DNA of 64,000 bases from Desulfatiglandales bacterium (lineage in GTDB: Bacteria; Desulfobacterota; DSM-4660; Desulfatiglandales; Desulfatiglandaceae): the NCBI GenBank assembly GCA_963666345.1, contig OY762721.1, positions 1,984,001 to 2,048,000 on the forward strand. The letters run 5' to 3'. A program made the translations under genes and the position numbers. A model generated the notes under the pieces. The model saw only the letters and a program-made list of their open reading frames with translations, ran no database searches and had not been told where the DNA came from. Positions 49,453 to 59,644 of this stretch are shown here, piece by piece (within the stretch, counting starts at the first letter, position 1; the number at the start of each line of letters is the position of its first letter).

Positions 49453-49482
49453 CGGGTGGGCATGGAGGTTTCTTAAAGGGAT

Positions 49483-50343
49483 ATGCTGCCAAGGATTAAT
49501 ATCGGAGTAATGAGCACGTACAACCTATGTTACCTGCTCGGGATTCTCATCGGCTGGGTGATGTTCGTTGCCGCCGAAGAGGATATATATAATTGTGAGA
49601 GCCGACATATTAATATGAAAACCGTTTTTCTCGCCTCAATCGCCTATCTTGTGGTGGTGATCGTATGCATTCAGGGGGCAAACTACTTTCATTTTATTTT
49701 TGATCATATCCCGGCCGCCGCAAGAAAAAAACTCACATGGAAGGATATCATCTTCCCCGATCTTATGAGGACGGTTAAGGTGCTTTACGGAGCGATTTTT
49801 TTCTACCCGGTCGCGATCTTCATCGTCTCAAAGGTGCTCAAAAAGAAAGACTTTCTCGACTACCTGAGCAGAAAGGGGTTTATCCTCTTTTTCATACTGG
49901 GATTTGCCAGGCTTGGATGCTTCGCAAACGGATGCTGCTACGGGATCCGCTCCGACCTGTTCGGGATAAGATTTCCAATGGGCTCGGCCGTCTCTGGCGA
50001 GCATATGAGAAGAGGGCTTACCTACGGGTTCGTGCCGCCCCCTTCCCTTCCGGTAATACCCACCCAGATCATTTCGGCGGCCGTTATTTTCGCGCTCTCT
50101 TTTTTCTGCTGGAGATCCTACAGAAAAGAAAAAAACAGAACGCTTTTTTTCAATTATGTTCTCTATTACGCGATATTCAGGTTTCTCATAGAGTTCATAA
50201 GGGATGACATAGACAGGGCCTACTGGTTAGGGATATCGGCTTCACAGTGGATATCCATACTCATTATGATATGCTTTCTGGTATATTATGGGGTTAAAAA
50301 GAGAGGGTCCGAGGGGTCGAGGGGCCAAGTGAAAACACCTTGA
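49483..50343 (+). CDS. Divergent prolipoprotein diacylglyceryl transferase (Lgt)-family protein
   Basis: ARLGCFANGCCYG, PTQ, YAIFRFLIEFIRDD, SASQWIS. Confidence 0.8.
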   Translation: MLPRINIGVMSTYNLCYLLGILIGWVMFVAAEEDIYNCESRHINMKTVFLASIAYLVVVIVCIQGANYFHFIFDHIPAAARKKLTWKDIIFPDLMRTVKVLYGAIFFYPVAIFIVSKVLKKKDFLDYLSRKGFILFFILGFARLGCFANGCCYGIRSDLFGIRFPMGSAVSGEHMRRGLTYGFVPPPSLPVIPTQIISAAVIFALSFFCWRSYRKEKNRTLFFNYVLYYAIFRFLIEFIRDDIDRAYWLGISASQWISILIMICFLVYYGVKKRGSEGSRGQVKTP

Positions 50344-50465
50344 AATAAACTCCGGAGTTTATCATTCAACTTTTTGTGTGGCATGCAGAATAAGAGGATC
50401 CGGGGTTTTAAAGGTCAGGTGTTGAAAAAGGACCAAACCTTAACCTTTGCGAAGCAAAAGGTTAA
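50338..50465 (+). repeat. Module B (inverted copy of 34598-34692) plus truncated family A hairpin
   Basis: About 95 bp near-identical, including the TAAACTCCGGAGTTT palindrome. Confidence 0.85.
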
Positions 50466-50483
50466 ACGTCATTATAAAACAAG

Positions 50484-51134
50484 ATGATTCCTGACTTTCT
50501 CAAGATAAAAAAACACAGATGCATCCTGAATTACTATCTCATATGGCTTCCGTTTATCATGGTCTACCAGGTGACCAACCGGTTTCACTTCATTGAACCG
50601 AGGCTGCTTCCCATGTCACGGCTGGATGAGGCCATACCCTTTCTGCCATGGACCATTCCGGTCTATGTCAGCTATCTTGTCTATACATTTGTGGTGATTA
50701 CGAGAAGCAGGGATGATAATGAGGTAAGGGAGATCTTCGTTTTCACCCATATCCAGCTTGTGATAGCGGCCCTGTTTTTCATCTTTTTCCCGGTGACCTA
50801 TCCAAGGGAAGGGTTTTACTACCCGGGAAGCATGACATCCATGTTCAACGGTTTCTGGGTGATGTTCGACGAACCCAACAACTGTTTCCCGAGCCTGCAC
50901 ACCATGCTCTGCCTGACCGCCATAAGATACAGCATGGACAAGCCCGGCAAATGGTTATTCTGCGCGTGGGGGGCTCTCATTATCGCAACCACCCTGACAT
51001 GCAAACAACATTACGTAATTGATATCGCCGGGGCGTTCGCGGCCTACTGGCTGTCTTTAAAGATATTTTCTCTCTACTGCTCCCGGACCCCCGGGAAAAG
51101 CCCTGACTGTCCTCCTTCCCAGAGCAGCCAGTAA
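50484..51134 (+). CDS. PAP2 superfamily (AUR1/IPC-synthase-like) membrane protein
   Basis: NCFPSLH and KQHYVID motifs; multiple TM helices. Confidence 0.85.
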   Translation: MIPDFLKIKKHRCILNYYLIWLPFIMVYQVTNRFHFIEPRLLPMSRLDEAIPFLPWTIPVYVSYLVYTFVVITRSRDDNEVREIFVFTHIQLVIAALFFIFFPVTYPREGFYYPGSMTSMFNGFWVMFDEPNNCFPSLHTMLCLTAIRYSMDKPGKWLFCAWGALIIATTLTCKQHYVIDIAGAFAAYWLSLKIFSLYCSRTPGKSPDCPPSQSSQ

Positions 51135-54100
51135 AAATCGTCGAAATATGCCACCTCCTGGTTGTCGGGATCAGTGCTCTCCCCGTTTATTCCAAGCGTG
51201 TGAAGACCGAATTCCGACACGTCATAAGTGTTTGCCAGCTGAAAATAGTCTGCTGTTGTATAGGTCCCGGTATAGACAATCACATTGTCCCCTTCGTTGT
51301 CCTTTCCCTTTTCAACCAATTTGATATCGGCAGAGGCACTTCCACAGCCGCTGGCCTCCGGGTTTTGAACCGTATGGCTTGTATAGCCGGTTTCTCCGTC
51401 AAACACGGGGCCGCCCGAATTCCTCAGTCCTCTCCAGACTATCTGGGAAAAATAGTCGCCTTCATAAGTCCACCTTATTGTGTCCCTTGGGACCGCCTCC
51501 CTTACATCGTCTTTCGGATACCCTAGGGTTCCGGCCTTTCCGTCCGGGTCCGTTATGAAAGCCGTTATCGCGTTCACCCTCTCGTTACCCTCGGCATCCC
51601 CTGTGCCGGTATCGCAGTCCAGGTTGCCTTCCATCTCATAGACCCTGACCAGTATGGTGGCCCAAGGCTTTATGTAGATCTTGTAATTATAGTCTGACTT
51701 TCTCTCCTCATTGCTGATAGTAGGCACTCGAATAAACCCCACCGGGCACGTGGTTGTACCGTCAAAGGTGTTAACAGGGTCCCCGGGGTCAGTAGGGTTT
51801 GCAGGGTCGACGGCATTATGCACATAATTGGCCGGGTCCCTGATTATAACATTGCTCGGGCCCGGAGAACCCAGGATTTCAACACCTTCCAGTGTGGTCG
51901 TACTCAATATGTTATACCTGTCCTTGAGCTTCCAGGACCAGTATTCGTTTTGATAATAAGGGGTTATGCCCGGATCAGGATTTGCACCTTCATAAAAAAG
52001 ATTAGTACTGCCTATCTTGTAGTGGTAGATACGTACCCTCACGGCATCTACAAGGGGGGAGTAGGCAAGCCACTCCCACGGTGAGTAGTCCGCCCCTCCA
52101 CCGCATCCGCCCGTGTTTACAGGATCTCCATCCGCGTTCGTGCTTACATCCTTCTGCCACAGAACTATGTAAGGAATACCGTCGAGCGGAGGGTCGTCAT
52201 TCCAGTTGGTCGGCGTAAAGGCCGAATCAGGGCAGGCCTGTATCTCCGACGCGTTTGTTGTGTCGCTGTGGTCGTTGAAAAAATTATCCGTTATATCATC
52301 GTTTTCCGTGAAACTATAGGTTGAACCGCCGCAACTTCCTGAGGATTCTTCATGTTCCTCGAGGCCCTGAAGACCGCGCAGAAAAGAAAGCCCGTAGTAT
52401 GTTGCCTGGCCGAAATTGCCTGCCTTGGGAGACCGTATCCGGAATGAAAGTCCGGGCATATAGCAGCCCGGGTGGTTTATGGGTGCGCTGTCCGTATCGT
52501 CTTCGGTCTCAGTGAATTTGACCTTTGCCTGTAAATCATAGGTAAGCTTGTTGCCCGATTTTTCCCATAGCTGTTTGAGAAAATTGGTTTCGAATGAGTG
52601 GTGGTCCCAGTTTACAACGGCAAGGCTTTCGCTGTGAAGAACCGGCCCGGTATGTCCATCCTGGGTGTAATTGGTGTATGAATATGTCTGCTCCGTGCTT
52701 GTTACCTTTAGGGCGCCGCCTTCAATGGCGTGGGTCCCGAGCTTTGATGAGATCTTTCCGGCATCCCCTGCGTCATTAAAATCGATGCCTCCCTCCACCT
52801 TCTTGTACAGTTCCACAGTCGACAGGGGCTGGTGCATCTTTACCGTCTGGGTGCTCTGTAAAGAGCCTGTCCCGGCGATCCCGGTGCTTGATATTACCGC
52901 ATGTTTTCCAAGAACCACCGGGGTGTTGCTGTTTACCGACACACCTGAAAATGAAAAAGAGACCCCTTTGGGATACTGGAGTCCTCTCAATTTCCCGTCT
53001 TTCTTTAACCTGTAGACCAGGAGCTGGTCATTGCCGGCAGCGTCCGTGAAGTTGATTATCCCGTTTACTTCGGGAAATATGGCAAGGTGCGCGATATCTG
53101 TTGGAGTCAACACATCATTTGCAAGGTCGGGATCCTCTCCGATCACACTTGCCGTCACGGTCTGGGCACTTGCCAGAAACGCGGGAAACACGTCTCCGGC
53201 CGTATATGAGACAGATCCGTTCAGGGCGAACCTCAGATTTCCTCCCGACCAGATGGTATTTGTGAATCTTTCGACAGATGTTCCGCCTGACACAGGGATC
53301 TGGATATACCCTGAAAGCCCGGCGGTTACATTATCAGGAAAAGATCCGAATGGAGACACCGTGATAGTGCCGGATGACCCGGATGAATTGTTGTCAAACC
53401 AGTAGCCGTCAAGGTCAAGGGCGAAGCTGTCGTTTCCAAGCGGGATCGAGCCGCCCAGGTTGAGGTCGTTTACAAACGCGGTATCGTTTCCGTCATGTTT
53501 GTGATATCGCTGGGCCGCGTAGGCAAGCCCTGATTCGGCAAGGTAGTAGGCCTGCTGTGAAATCTGGGGAGACACGGTGCCCACGGTGGAACTGCTGAAC
53601 ATGCCGACCATGGCGGCGGAAAGGACGGCCATGATAACGATCGTTATTATGATGCCTATCAGAATGGCTCCCGTTGTGTTTCTGATAAATCTTAAGGCTT
53701 TCACTTTTTTCTCCTTTTTGGCAACCAGCCTGAAAATCAGCCATGCAACGACTGCGAAGGCCATAAAGGCCCATGGAAAATGAAAGGTCAAAAAGAGCAG
53801 CCCTGTCACCGGCAGAAACATGACCTTCAAAAAGGGAAGAAGCCCGGGGATCTTGTCCGCGAGCAGGCACAGCCTGGGGCTGATGAGGTTATAGAGGGAA
53901 ACCATTTTTCCGCCGATTGTTCCCGCCTCAAGCATCTTCCGCCTGGCCTCCCTGTAAAGGTCAATAATTGCCGGGCCGCCGTCTTTGTAGATTCGTGACT
54001 TGATAAAGCAACTGAACTCACTGCTTGTAGTACCCGCGGATGCTCCGGGAGCGCCGGTCGAGGGAATAAATGTGTTTCTCGGAACCACACGATCTGAAAA

Positions 54101-54613
54101 CTGCATGGTCTGGCTGCCGTCACCCCCTGCAAGGGTCAGGTTTACCGTCACATAGGAAAGCTCCGAAATCAGGTCCCCCAAGGACCATGATCCTGCTCCC
54201 CCTGACTGGGTCTGAAAGTCGAGGGTAAAGGACTGGACCACGTCCACAAGATCATGAGGGCCGCTGCTGCCGCTGCTGTCGGTTACGGTCAGGGTCAGTG
54301 GAGTGTCCACAGTCCCGGACCAGGCATAGGTCTCAGTTATATTTTCCCCGTTGCTGAGCCTGTCCAGGGTTATGGAGTTGGCACCGGCCGCTGTTATGAG
54401 AGTAAGATTTGCGATCGATCTCCTGAGCCTTGTCAACGGCAGCACGTTTTTCTGGCCCATCTCCGTCGTGTTTTTTGTAAAGATAAACGCCTTTGACGCC
54501 TGCACAATGCCAAGACCCGCCACAGAGGCAAGCACACCCACCAGCAGAAGTACCGCGATCAATTCTATAAGGGAAAATCCTTTGTTTCTGCCGCCCTTTT
54601 TATTAAAAGTCAT
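51074..54613 (-). CDS. 1179-aa prepilin-type fusion: PilW/GspJ-like + CFI-box-CTERM-like + PilX/GspK-like + large beta-rich domain
   Basis: N-terminal KG|FSLIEL; CFIKSR...LYNLISP at residue 202; internal RNTTG|AILIGIII...QAYYLAESGL at residue 315. Confidence 0.8.
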   Translation of the reverse strand: MTFNKKGGRNKGFSLIELIAVLLLVGVLASVAGLGIVQASKAFIFTKNTTEMGQKNVLPLTRLRRSIANLTLITAAGANSITLDRLSNGENITETYAWSGTVDTPLTLTVTDSSGSSGPHDLVDVVQSFTLDFQTQSGGAGSWSLGDLISELSYVTVNLTLAGGDGSQTMQFSDRVVPRNTFIPSTGAPGASAGTTSSEFSCFIKSRIYKDGGPAIIDLYREARRKMLEAGTIGGKMVSLYNLISPRLCLLADKIPGLLPFLKVMFLPVTGLLFLTFHFPWAFMAFAVVAWLIFRLVAKKEKKVKALRFIRNTTGAILIGIIITIVIMAVLSAAMVGMFSSSTVGTVSPQISQQAYYLAESGLAYAAQRYHKHDGNDTAFVNDLNLGGSIPLGNDSFALDLDGYWFDNNSSGSSGTITVSPFGSFPDNVTAGLSGYIQIPVSGGTSVERFTNTIWSGGNLRFALNGSVSYTAGDVFPAFLASAQTVTASVIGEDPDLANDVLTPTDIAHLAIFPEVNGIINFTDAAGNDQLLVYRLKKDGKLRGLQYPKGVSFSFSGVSVNSNTPVVLGKHAVISSTGIAGTGSLQSTQTVKMHQPLSTVELYKKVEGGIDFNDAGDAGKISSKLGTHAIEGGALKVTSTEQTYSYTNYTQDGHTGPVLHSESLAVVNWDHHSFETNFLKQLWEKSGNKLTYDLQAKVKFTETEDDTDSAPINHPGCYMPGLSFRIRSPKAGNFGQATYYGLSFLRGLQGLEEHEESSGSCGGSTYSFTENDDITDNFFNDHSDTTNASEIQACPDSAFTPTNWNDDPPLDGIPYIVLWQKDVSTNADGDPVNTGGCGGGADYSPWEWLAYSPLVDAVRVRIYHYKIGSTNLFYEGANPDPGITPYYQNEYWSWKLKDRYNILSTTTLEGVEILGSPGPSNVIIRDPANYVHNAVDPANPTDPGDPVNTFDGTTTCPVGFIRVPTISNEERKSDYNYKIYIKPWATILVRVYEMEGNLDCDTGTGDAEGNERVNAITAFITDPDGKAGTLGYPKDDVREAVPRDTIRWTYEGDYFSQIVWRGLRNSGGPVFDGETGYTSHTVQNPEASGCGSASADIKLVEKGKDNEGDNVIVYTGTYTTADYFQLANTYDVSEFGLHTLGINGESTDPDNQEVAYFDDFYWLLWEGGQSGLFPGVREQ

Positions 54614-54635
54614 AATATTACCCTGTCTTAAAGTT

Positions 54636-54787
54636 GAGGAATTCGTAAAAAGGCATAATTGAGACGGCAAAGTAAAAAGCTCCAAATGCAAGGCTTGCGA
54701 ATCTTGAGGAATGAGGCGTACTTACAGTACGCCGCAATGACGAAAGATGAAGCATAACGCAGCAGTTGGACTTTTTACAAAGCCGTC
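54636..54787 (+). mobile_element. 152-bp MITE (family C), copy 1
   Basis: Imperfect TIRs (GA...CGTAAAAAG / CTTTTTAC...TC); 6-bp TSD AAAGTT. Confidence 0.88.
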
Positions 54788-54791
54788 AAAG

Positions 54792-55214
54792 TTACTCTAT
54801 CAAAAGAAAAGATGTTGTCAGGCCATCCTCCCCGGAGGTCGGAGTCACCGTCACTTTTAGTATGCCTTCAGAGCCGCCGTCTGCTATCTCGTTGAAGCCG
54901 GAGTCATACGCGATATACTGTGTTGAAACAGTGGCTCTCGAGTTGTCATACTTATTGCCGTCTATATCAGCTTTCATGCCTGAAAGGGCACCGGAAGACA
55001 TGTGCATGTAATCGGCCATATAGTCTGCTATTATGTTGTCCGCCACCTGGTTCCTCTCATAGAACCTGGCCATTGTTATGGCAGGAAAGGCGCTTTTCTG
55101 AAGGGCGGTCCCTGTGAAGGAGATGAGCATGGACCCCATTATTGCCGCGATTATGATAGCAATTATCACTTCAATAAGGGTAAAGCCGCTATTGTCTTTT
55201 CTCTTTTTTATCAT
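54792..55214 (-). CDS. Prepilin-type protein (PilV/GspI-like minor pilin)
   Basis: SG|FTLIEVIIAI class III signal. Confidence 0.85.
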   Translation of the reverse strand: MIKKRKDNSGFTLIEVIIAIIIAAIMGSMLISFTGTALQKSAFPAITMARFYERNQVADNIIADYMADYMHMSSGALSGMKADIDGNKYDNSRATVSTQYIAYDSGFNEIADGGSEGILKVTVTPTSGEDGLTTSFLLIE

Positions 55215-55696
55215 GGTATAAATCCTGTTACGGGAGTAACTGTAATTGATTCACTTATAAAGGATAAAGACCCGGACATCGGAGTTCCGCAGTTGGGATC
55301 CGTGTAAGGCGCCCCCCACCAGTCAAACGCGATTGTGTCATTGCATGAAAGATTTGACTGCAGGGTTACGACATCTGAATCAGCACCGGGAAGAGCAACC
55401 TTTTCATTCGCTGAAAAAGTGTTGTCATCGTTGTCATTTCTGTAAAGGGAATAGGTTGACCCGACAAACTTGATTCCCCACCGCTTGGCGCTGTCGGCCA
55501 TGGCCCTGCTCTGGGCATACCTGAGATGGCTTTTTACCAGTTCAATGTCCGCGATCTTATCCGCGTTTATTGTATTGGCCCTGCTTATTACAATTGCTGA
55601 AACGATTCCTATAACAATCAGGGTCACAACCACCTCAATTATAGTAAATCCTGAGCAATTCATGCTTCCGCCGGAACCTGATCTTTTTACAACCAT
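55211..55696 (-). CDS. Prepilin-type protein (FimT/GspH-like minor pilin)
   Basis: SG|FTIIEVVVTL; LRYAQSRAM; IAFDWWGAP. Confidence 0.85.
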   Translation of the reverse strand: MVVKRSGSGGSMNCSGFTIIEVVVTLIVIGIVSAIVISRANTINADKIADIELVKSHLRYAQSRAMADSAKRWGIKFVGSTYSLYRNDNDDNTFSANEKVALPGADSDVVTLQSNLSCNDTIAFDWWGAPYTDPNCGTPMSGSLSFISESITVTPVTGFIP

Positions 55697-55745
55697 TTTT
55701 TTAATTACCCCTTCTCTTTCAGTTCTTCAGACCTACCCAATTCTG

Positions 55746-56345
55746 TTAACTCTGGAAGCTGATGTTGGAGGAGTACCTGTCCATCACATAAGTGAGCAGG
55801 CCTCCTATTATTATGCTTCCGATCGTAAGAGGCAGCAGGGCAAGGGCCACAATCGGAATTTTCAGATCCATCTGAAGAAATATGTTATTCATGATGATTG
55901 CACCCACATATATAAGAATGCCGAGCCTGGCAGATCTTACCGACACGGGCCGGCCCGATATAAACGATATGCCGAGAAGAGCAAAGCCTACGGCAACGCC
56001 AAAAGCGACCTCCGGCTGATAGAGCAGCCAGACTGCGTTATAACCGGCGCTGGTGATCGTTTCCATGCTCAATAAAAACATGAGTCCCACCACAAGATAA
56101 AAAAGGCTTACAAGCATAAAGAAGAAACCGCACTGCCTGCCGGTGATGCCTTCAGGAAATAGACTCAGCCCCTTTATTGCACGAGGCTGTATAAGAAAGT
56201 CCCGGAGCCTTTTAAGCGCCCCGTACCGGGACGGACAAGTTCCCATCCGGGCCATGACCAGATCGGTAAAATCATCAGGTGCGGCAACCCGGGGAGTCTT
56301 TTCAAGGATATTTATGATGTGCTGAAATTTTTCTTGTTTTTTCAA
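55746..56345 (-). CDS. Putative anti-sigma membrane protein
   Basis: TTG start; APDDFTDLVMARM motif followed by about 4 TM helices; downstream of an ECF sigma. Confidence 0.65.
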   Translation of the reverse strand: MKKQEKFQHIINILEKTPRVAAPDDFTDLVMARMGTCPSRYGALKRLRDFLIQPRAIKGLSLFPEGITGRQCGFFFMLVSLFYLVVGLMFLLSMETITSAGYNAVWLLYQPEVAFGVAVGFALLGISFISGRPVSVRSARLGILIYVGAIIMNNIFLQMDLKIPIVALALLPLTIGSIIIGGLLTYVMDRYSSNISFQS

Positions 56346-56396
56346 GTCGTTCTCGCCTTCTAATAACGAATAACAAATAACCGTGTCCTCATTTTC

Positions 56397-56500
56397 TTTG
56401 CCGCCCGCTTCGCTTGACAAAACAGGATCAAAACAAATGTAAAGATTTTTTACTCTGCCGACATTGGCAGAGCAAAAGCTTCGTTTGCTTCGCAAAAGGG
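56397..56500 (-). repeat. Family A element
   Basis: Reverse-complement of the consensus; flanked by AATAAC(A/G) heptamers. Confidence 0.85.
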
Positions 56501-56652
56501 CATAGCATCTCTATTTTGCAATGTTTGAATACTCTCACAACCAATAACAAATAACCATACTCTTGCTTTTTCAGTTTCACCCCTCGACCCCTTGAAACCG
56601 GGAACCCTTATTTATATATACCCCCCAGCATGGAAAAAGTCACAGGCCCTTT

Positions 56653-57195
56653 TTACTTTTCGTTCATCATCCTGTTGAGCCCTTCAAGCCCCCTGTAGAC
56701 CCGCATTTTGGCCGAGCTTACAGAGCAGGCCGTGATTTCGGCAATCTCATCAAATGAGAGATCCTGGTAGAACCTCAGGACAACCGCCTCTTTGAGCTTG
56801 ACAGGCAGTCTGTCAAGACAACTGGATATCCGAAGCACCTCCTCCTGTTGGATCATGTCCTGTTCCGGATCAGGGGGGCTGTTTTGCGAATGATAATCGG
56901 CCCCCCGCATCCGGTTATTCACATAATTCTTCTTTTTCTTCAGATGATTGCGGATGAGATTAAGCCCTATGGTGTAAAGCCAGGTGAAAAACCTCCTTTT
57001 CCGGTCAAAACGCCCCAGATTTTCAAATGCCTTTACAAAGGTCTCCTGCGCCAGATCGCCTGCCTCCTCGTACGACCCGGTCATGCGAAAGGCAAGGTTG
57101 AAAACAGGGGCATTGTATTTGTGGACAAGTGCGGCATAGGAGTCCCTGTCTCCCGCCATAATCCTTTCAATTATGGAATGATCTTCTTCTGACAT
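56653..57195 (-). CDS. ECF RNA polymerase sigma factor
   Basis: AGDLAQETFVKAF, FFTWLYTI, LSFDEIAEI...SAKMRVYRG. Confidence 0.95.
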   Translation of the reverse strand: MSEEDHSIIERIMAGDRDSYAALVHKYNAPVFNLAFRMTGSYEEAGDLAQETFVKAFENLGRFDRKRRFFTWLYTIGLNLIRNHLKKKKNYVNNRMRGADYHSQNSPPDPEQDMIQQEEVLRISSCLDRLPVKLKEAVVLRFYQDLSFDEIAEITACSVSSAKMRVYRGLEGLNRMMNEK

Positions 57196-57532
57196 TACGT
57201 GCCCTGAGGGTCATGGCGCGCCGTGCGCCGGTAATAGAGGTTCGAGATCATTATTTAAGACGGGGTCTCAAAACCGGTAGAAATGCTCCTGGATCAGGCT
57301 CTTTGCTGAATGTGCTAAAATTATCAATGGCTTTGCAAATTTTCAACGAAATTTTTGGATCATCTCCCGATTAGTTGGTGTTAAACAGGGCCGAATAAAG
57401 GAATTCTTCTTATTTAAGCGGCTGAGAACTCGTAGGATTCTTCGCCCTCGCTTAGCTCAGCTCAGTCCCACTGTTTCGCAGCGGGTTCCCAGTCTCAAGG
57501 ATTCCAGTGCTCCATTGAAACGGCGGATAAAA

Positions 57533-57690
57533 CCGCTAAAGCATTACAAAGATTTAAAGCTGTTGCAGAGATCCTGCGAATGTTTTTCAGGTATATAGAA
57601 TAAATGAAAAATTCTCAAATAACATGGGGTACACAGAGATCACAAAATTGTTAAAAATGCCGATAAAATCCTTAGAAAACAAACCCTTGA
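57533..57690 (+). pseudogene. Internally deleted four-helix-bundle gene relic
   Basis: Fragments LKHYKDLKLLQRS, VYRINEKF and LLKMPIKSLENKPL. Confidence 0.6.
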
Positions 57691-57801
57691 TCGGTTGACT
57701 CATCATCATGAAATCATTGAAACCTGTAGGACGAAACATGCGGCTTCACAGATAAAAAAAGAAGAAATCTTCAACACCTGGTGACATTTTATGAATGGGA
57801 A

Positions 57802-59049
57802 CTAAAAACCACCAAAAATAGGATCAATTAGACACAAGTAATAGTTGAACGAGGCAACTATACCAGTGAGTATTTCCGCAAAAAAAGATAACCCGGAAAA
57901 TAGCAATATAACTGCAGTAAAAGACTTTTTAAAAGTAGATTTAATACCAAGCTCGATTCTTCGAATAGTTTCGGTAGTTAGAATCGAAAACAGCAATATT
58001 GAAGGTGGCGTAATTAGGATTATATAGCGAACAACTTTGGAATAGCCTAAGTAGGCTAATATGACATGAAAAATTATAACCACAAATATCCACATGAAAA
58101 GACACGCACCTTGGCGTCTTAAGCTTTTATTTTTCCATAAAAATATATAAAGAAAAATTGAGGGGATAAAAGTACACATAATTCTTGGCAACAACGATAA
58201 ATATATCCAATGAGATCGAATTACAGTCAGATATTTAACATAATTATTGCTTTCAATAAGGCTATCGCATGGCTTGCCCGCCCAGCCGGGAAAAGGTGTG
58301 CCTACTTTAATCCACTGATAAACCTCCCAGGGGGTTTGCACTAGAATTGCTGGTACAATTAAATATGGAACAAATCGCAGGAATTTCTTCTTATCTGTAC
58401 AAAGAAGCCAGGCCAGAGCGGTAATGCCTGGAAAAATCAGGAACGCTGTTAATTTTATTAGGCTGGCATATCCCAAAAGCAGGCCGGAAATAATAGCCAG
58501 CAAAGCACTTTCACGCTTTACAGCCCAGATAAAAACAGCAGAGGCAAGAGTGGAAAAACCCAATAACGGGCCATCCAACCAGTAATATATTGTGACGTGA
58601 GCCATGATTGGACTAAAGGCAGAGAGCCCGGCAACCAGAAGTAATCCGATGCTTGATGACGCCAAGCCGAACAGACGCGCCAGAAGAATCATACTACAAA
58701 AGAAAAGGACATAGCTAAAGAGTTGTGCAAGAGGAAAACCCCAAATTCCAATAACATTATAAAATAACCAAAATAATGCTATGCCTCCTGGTGGATGAAA
58801 AAAAAGCGGTTTGTCATATCCATTTCTATCGATTATGTCTAGTTCCAGCAGAGGCGTCCCCTGGAGGGTATAACCATTTCCGCTATCCAACTGTTTAACC
58901 AATTCAATATAAATGATTTCATCGATCTCATTGTGTGCCACTACAAAAACTACTAGACGTAAACAAAAGCCCAGAAAAAACAAGACCATCACAATTTTCC
59001 ATCGTGAAATAAATGATCTAAGGCTAGAAAGAAAATTGATTTCAGTCAT
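57802..59049 (-). CDS. GT-C (ArnT/PMT, family 39-like) glycosyltransferase
   Basis: IDE..Y, FHPPG, WLD, ASLIK motifs; many TM helices; visibly AT-richer than neighbours. Confidence 0.8.
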   Translation of the reverse strand: MTEINFLSSLRSFISRWKIVMVLFFLGFCLRLVVFVVAHNEIDEIIYIELVKQLDSGNGYTLQGTPLLELDIIDRNGYDKPLFFHPPGGIALFWLFYNVIGIWGFPLAQLFSYVLFFCSMILLARLFGLASSSIGLLLVAGLSAFSPIMAHVTIYYWLDGPLLGFSTLASAVFIWAVKRESALLAIISGLLLGYASLIKLTAFLIFPGITALAWLLCTDKKKFLRFVPYLIVPAILVQTPWEVYQWIKVGTPFPGWAGKPCDSLIESNNYVKYLTVIRSHWIYLSLLPRIMCTFIPSIFLYIFLWKNKSLRRQGACLFMWIFVVIIFHVILAYLGYSKVVRYIILITPPSILLFSILTTETIRRIELGIKSTFKKSFTAVILLFSGLSFFAEILTGIVASFNYYLCLIDPIFGGF

Positions 59050-59644
59050 CTGTGTGCATTATCCCAATCATTATGTTGACATCATCATGATCCTGGAAGT
59101 GAATCCCATTTATTTTACAGCCTGATGGACACAAGCTATAATCCCCAAAAATGTATAAACAAGAAAAAGCATCAGACAGCTTCGGCAAATGGGCGAGGTA
59201 AATCGCAGTAAACCTCACCTGATGTTTTACCGTCAAGAGAAGAATGGCATCTGATGACAATATTGTTCTTAATCCACTTGCTAAACCCCAAGCAAACACA
59301 GAGACTTTCCCGTATCAAATGAATGCAGCAGATGTAATGATATTTTAATATCCGCCGTATATTGGTTTATAAATATAAGAAAAAGATCCATTTACAACAA
59401 TTTGGAGTTCTATTAATATAATATTGTTAATAAATTAGTATCAATCCAGGAATGGACTATTTCCGGATGTTGCTTTCAGCCCCGCCACATTCACGGCGGG
59501 CAAGCATCAGCCATCGGCAAGTAACCAATAACCTCTCGCCCCGCTATGTCTGTTTTGTCAAACGAAGCGGGAGGTAAAAGAAAGGGGTCAAGGAGCCGAG
59601 GGGCCTAGGGTTCAAGTGATCCGCCACAGAACAGGCGGATAAAA

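Noticed and set aside
54614..54691. ORF-track N-terminal extensions (also 56346-56495, 59914-59976 and 62114-62149)
   Set aside because: They start inside MITE or repeat sequence; downstream starts fit the protein families better.
59042..59450. 85-aa minus-strand ORF in AT-rich DNA
   Set aside because: No RBS or motif; may be a decayed fragment but cannot be supported.
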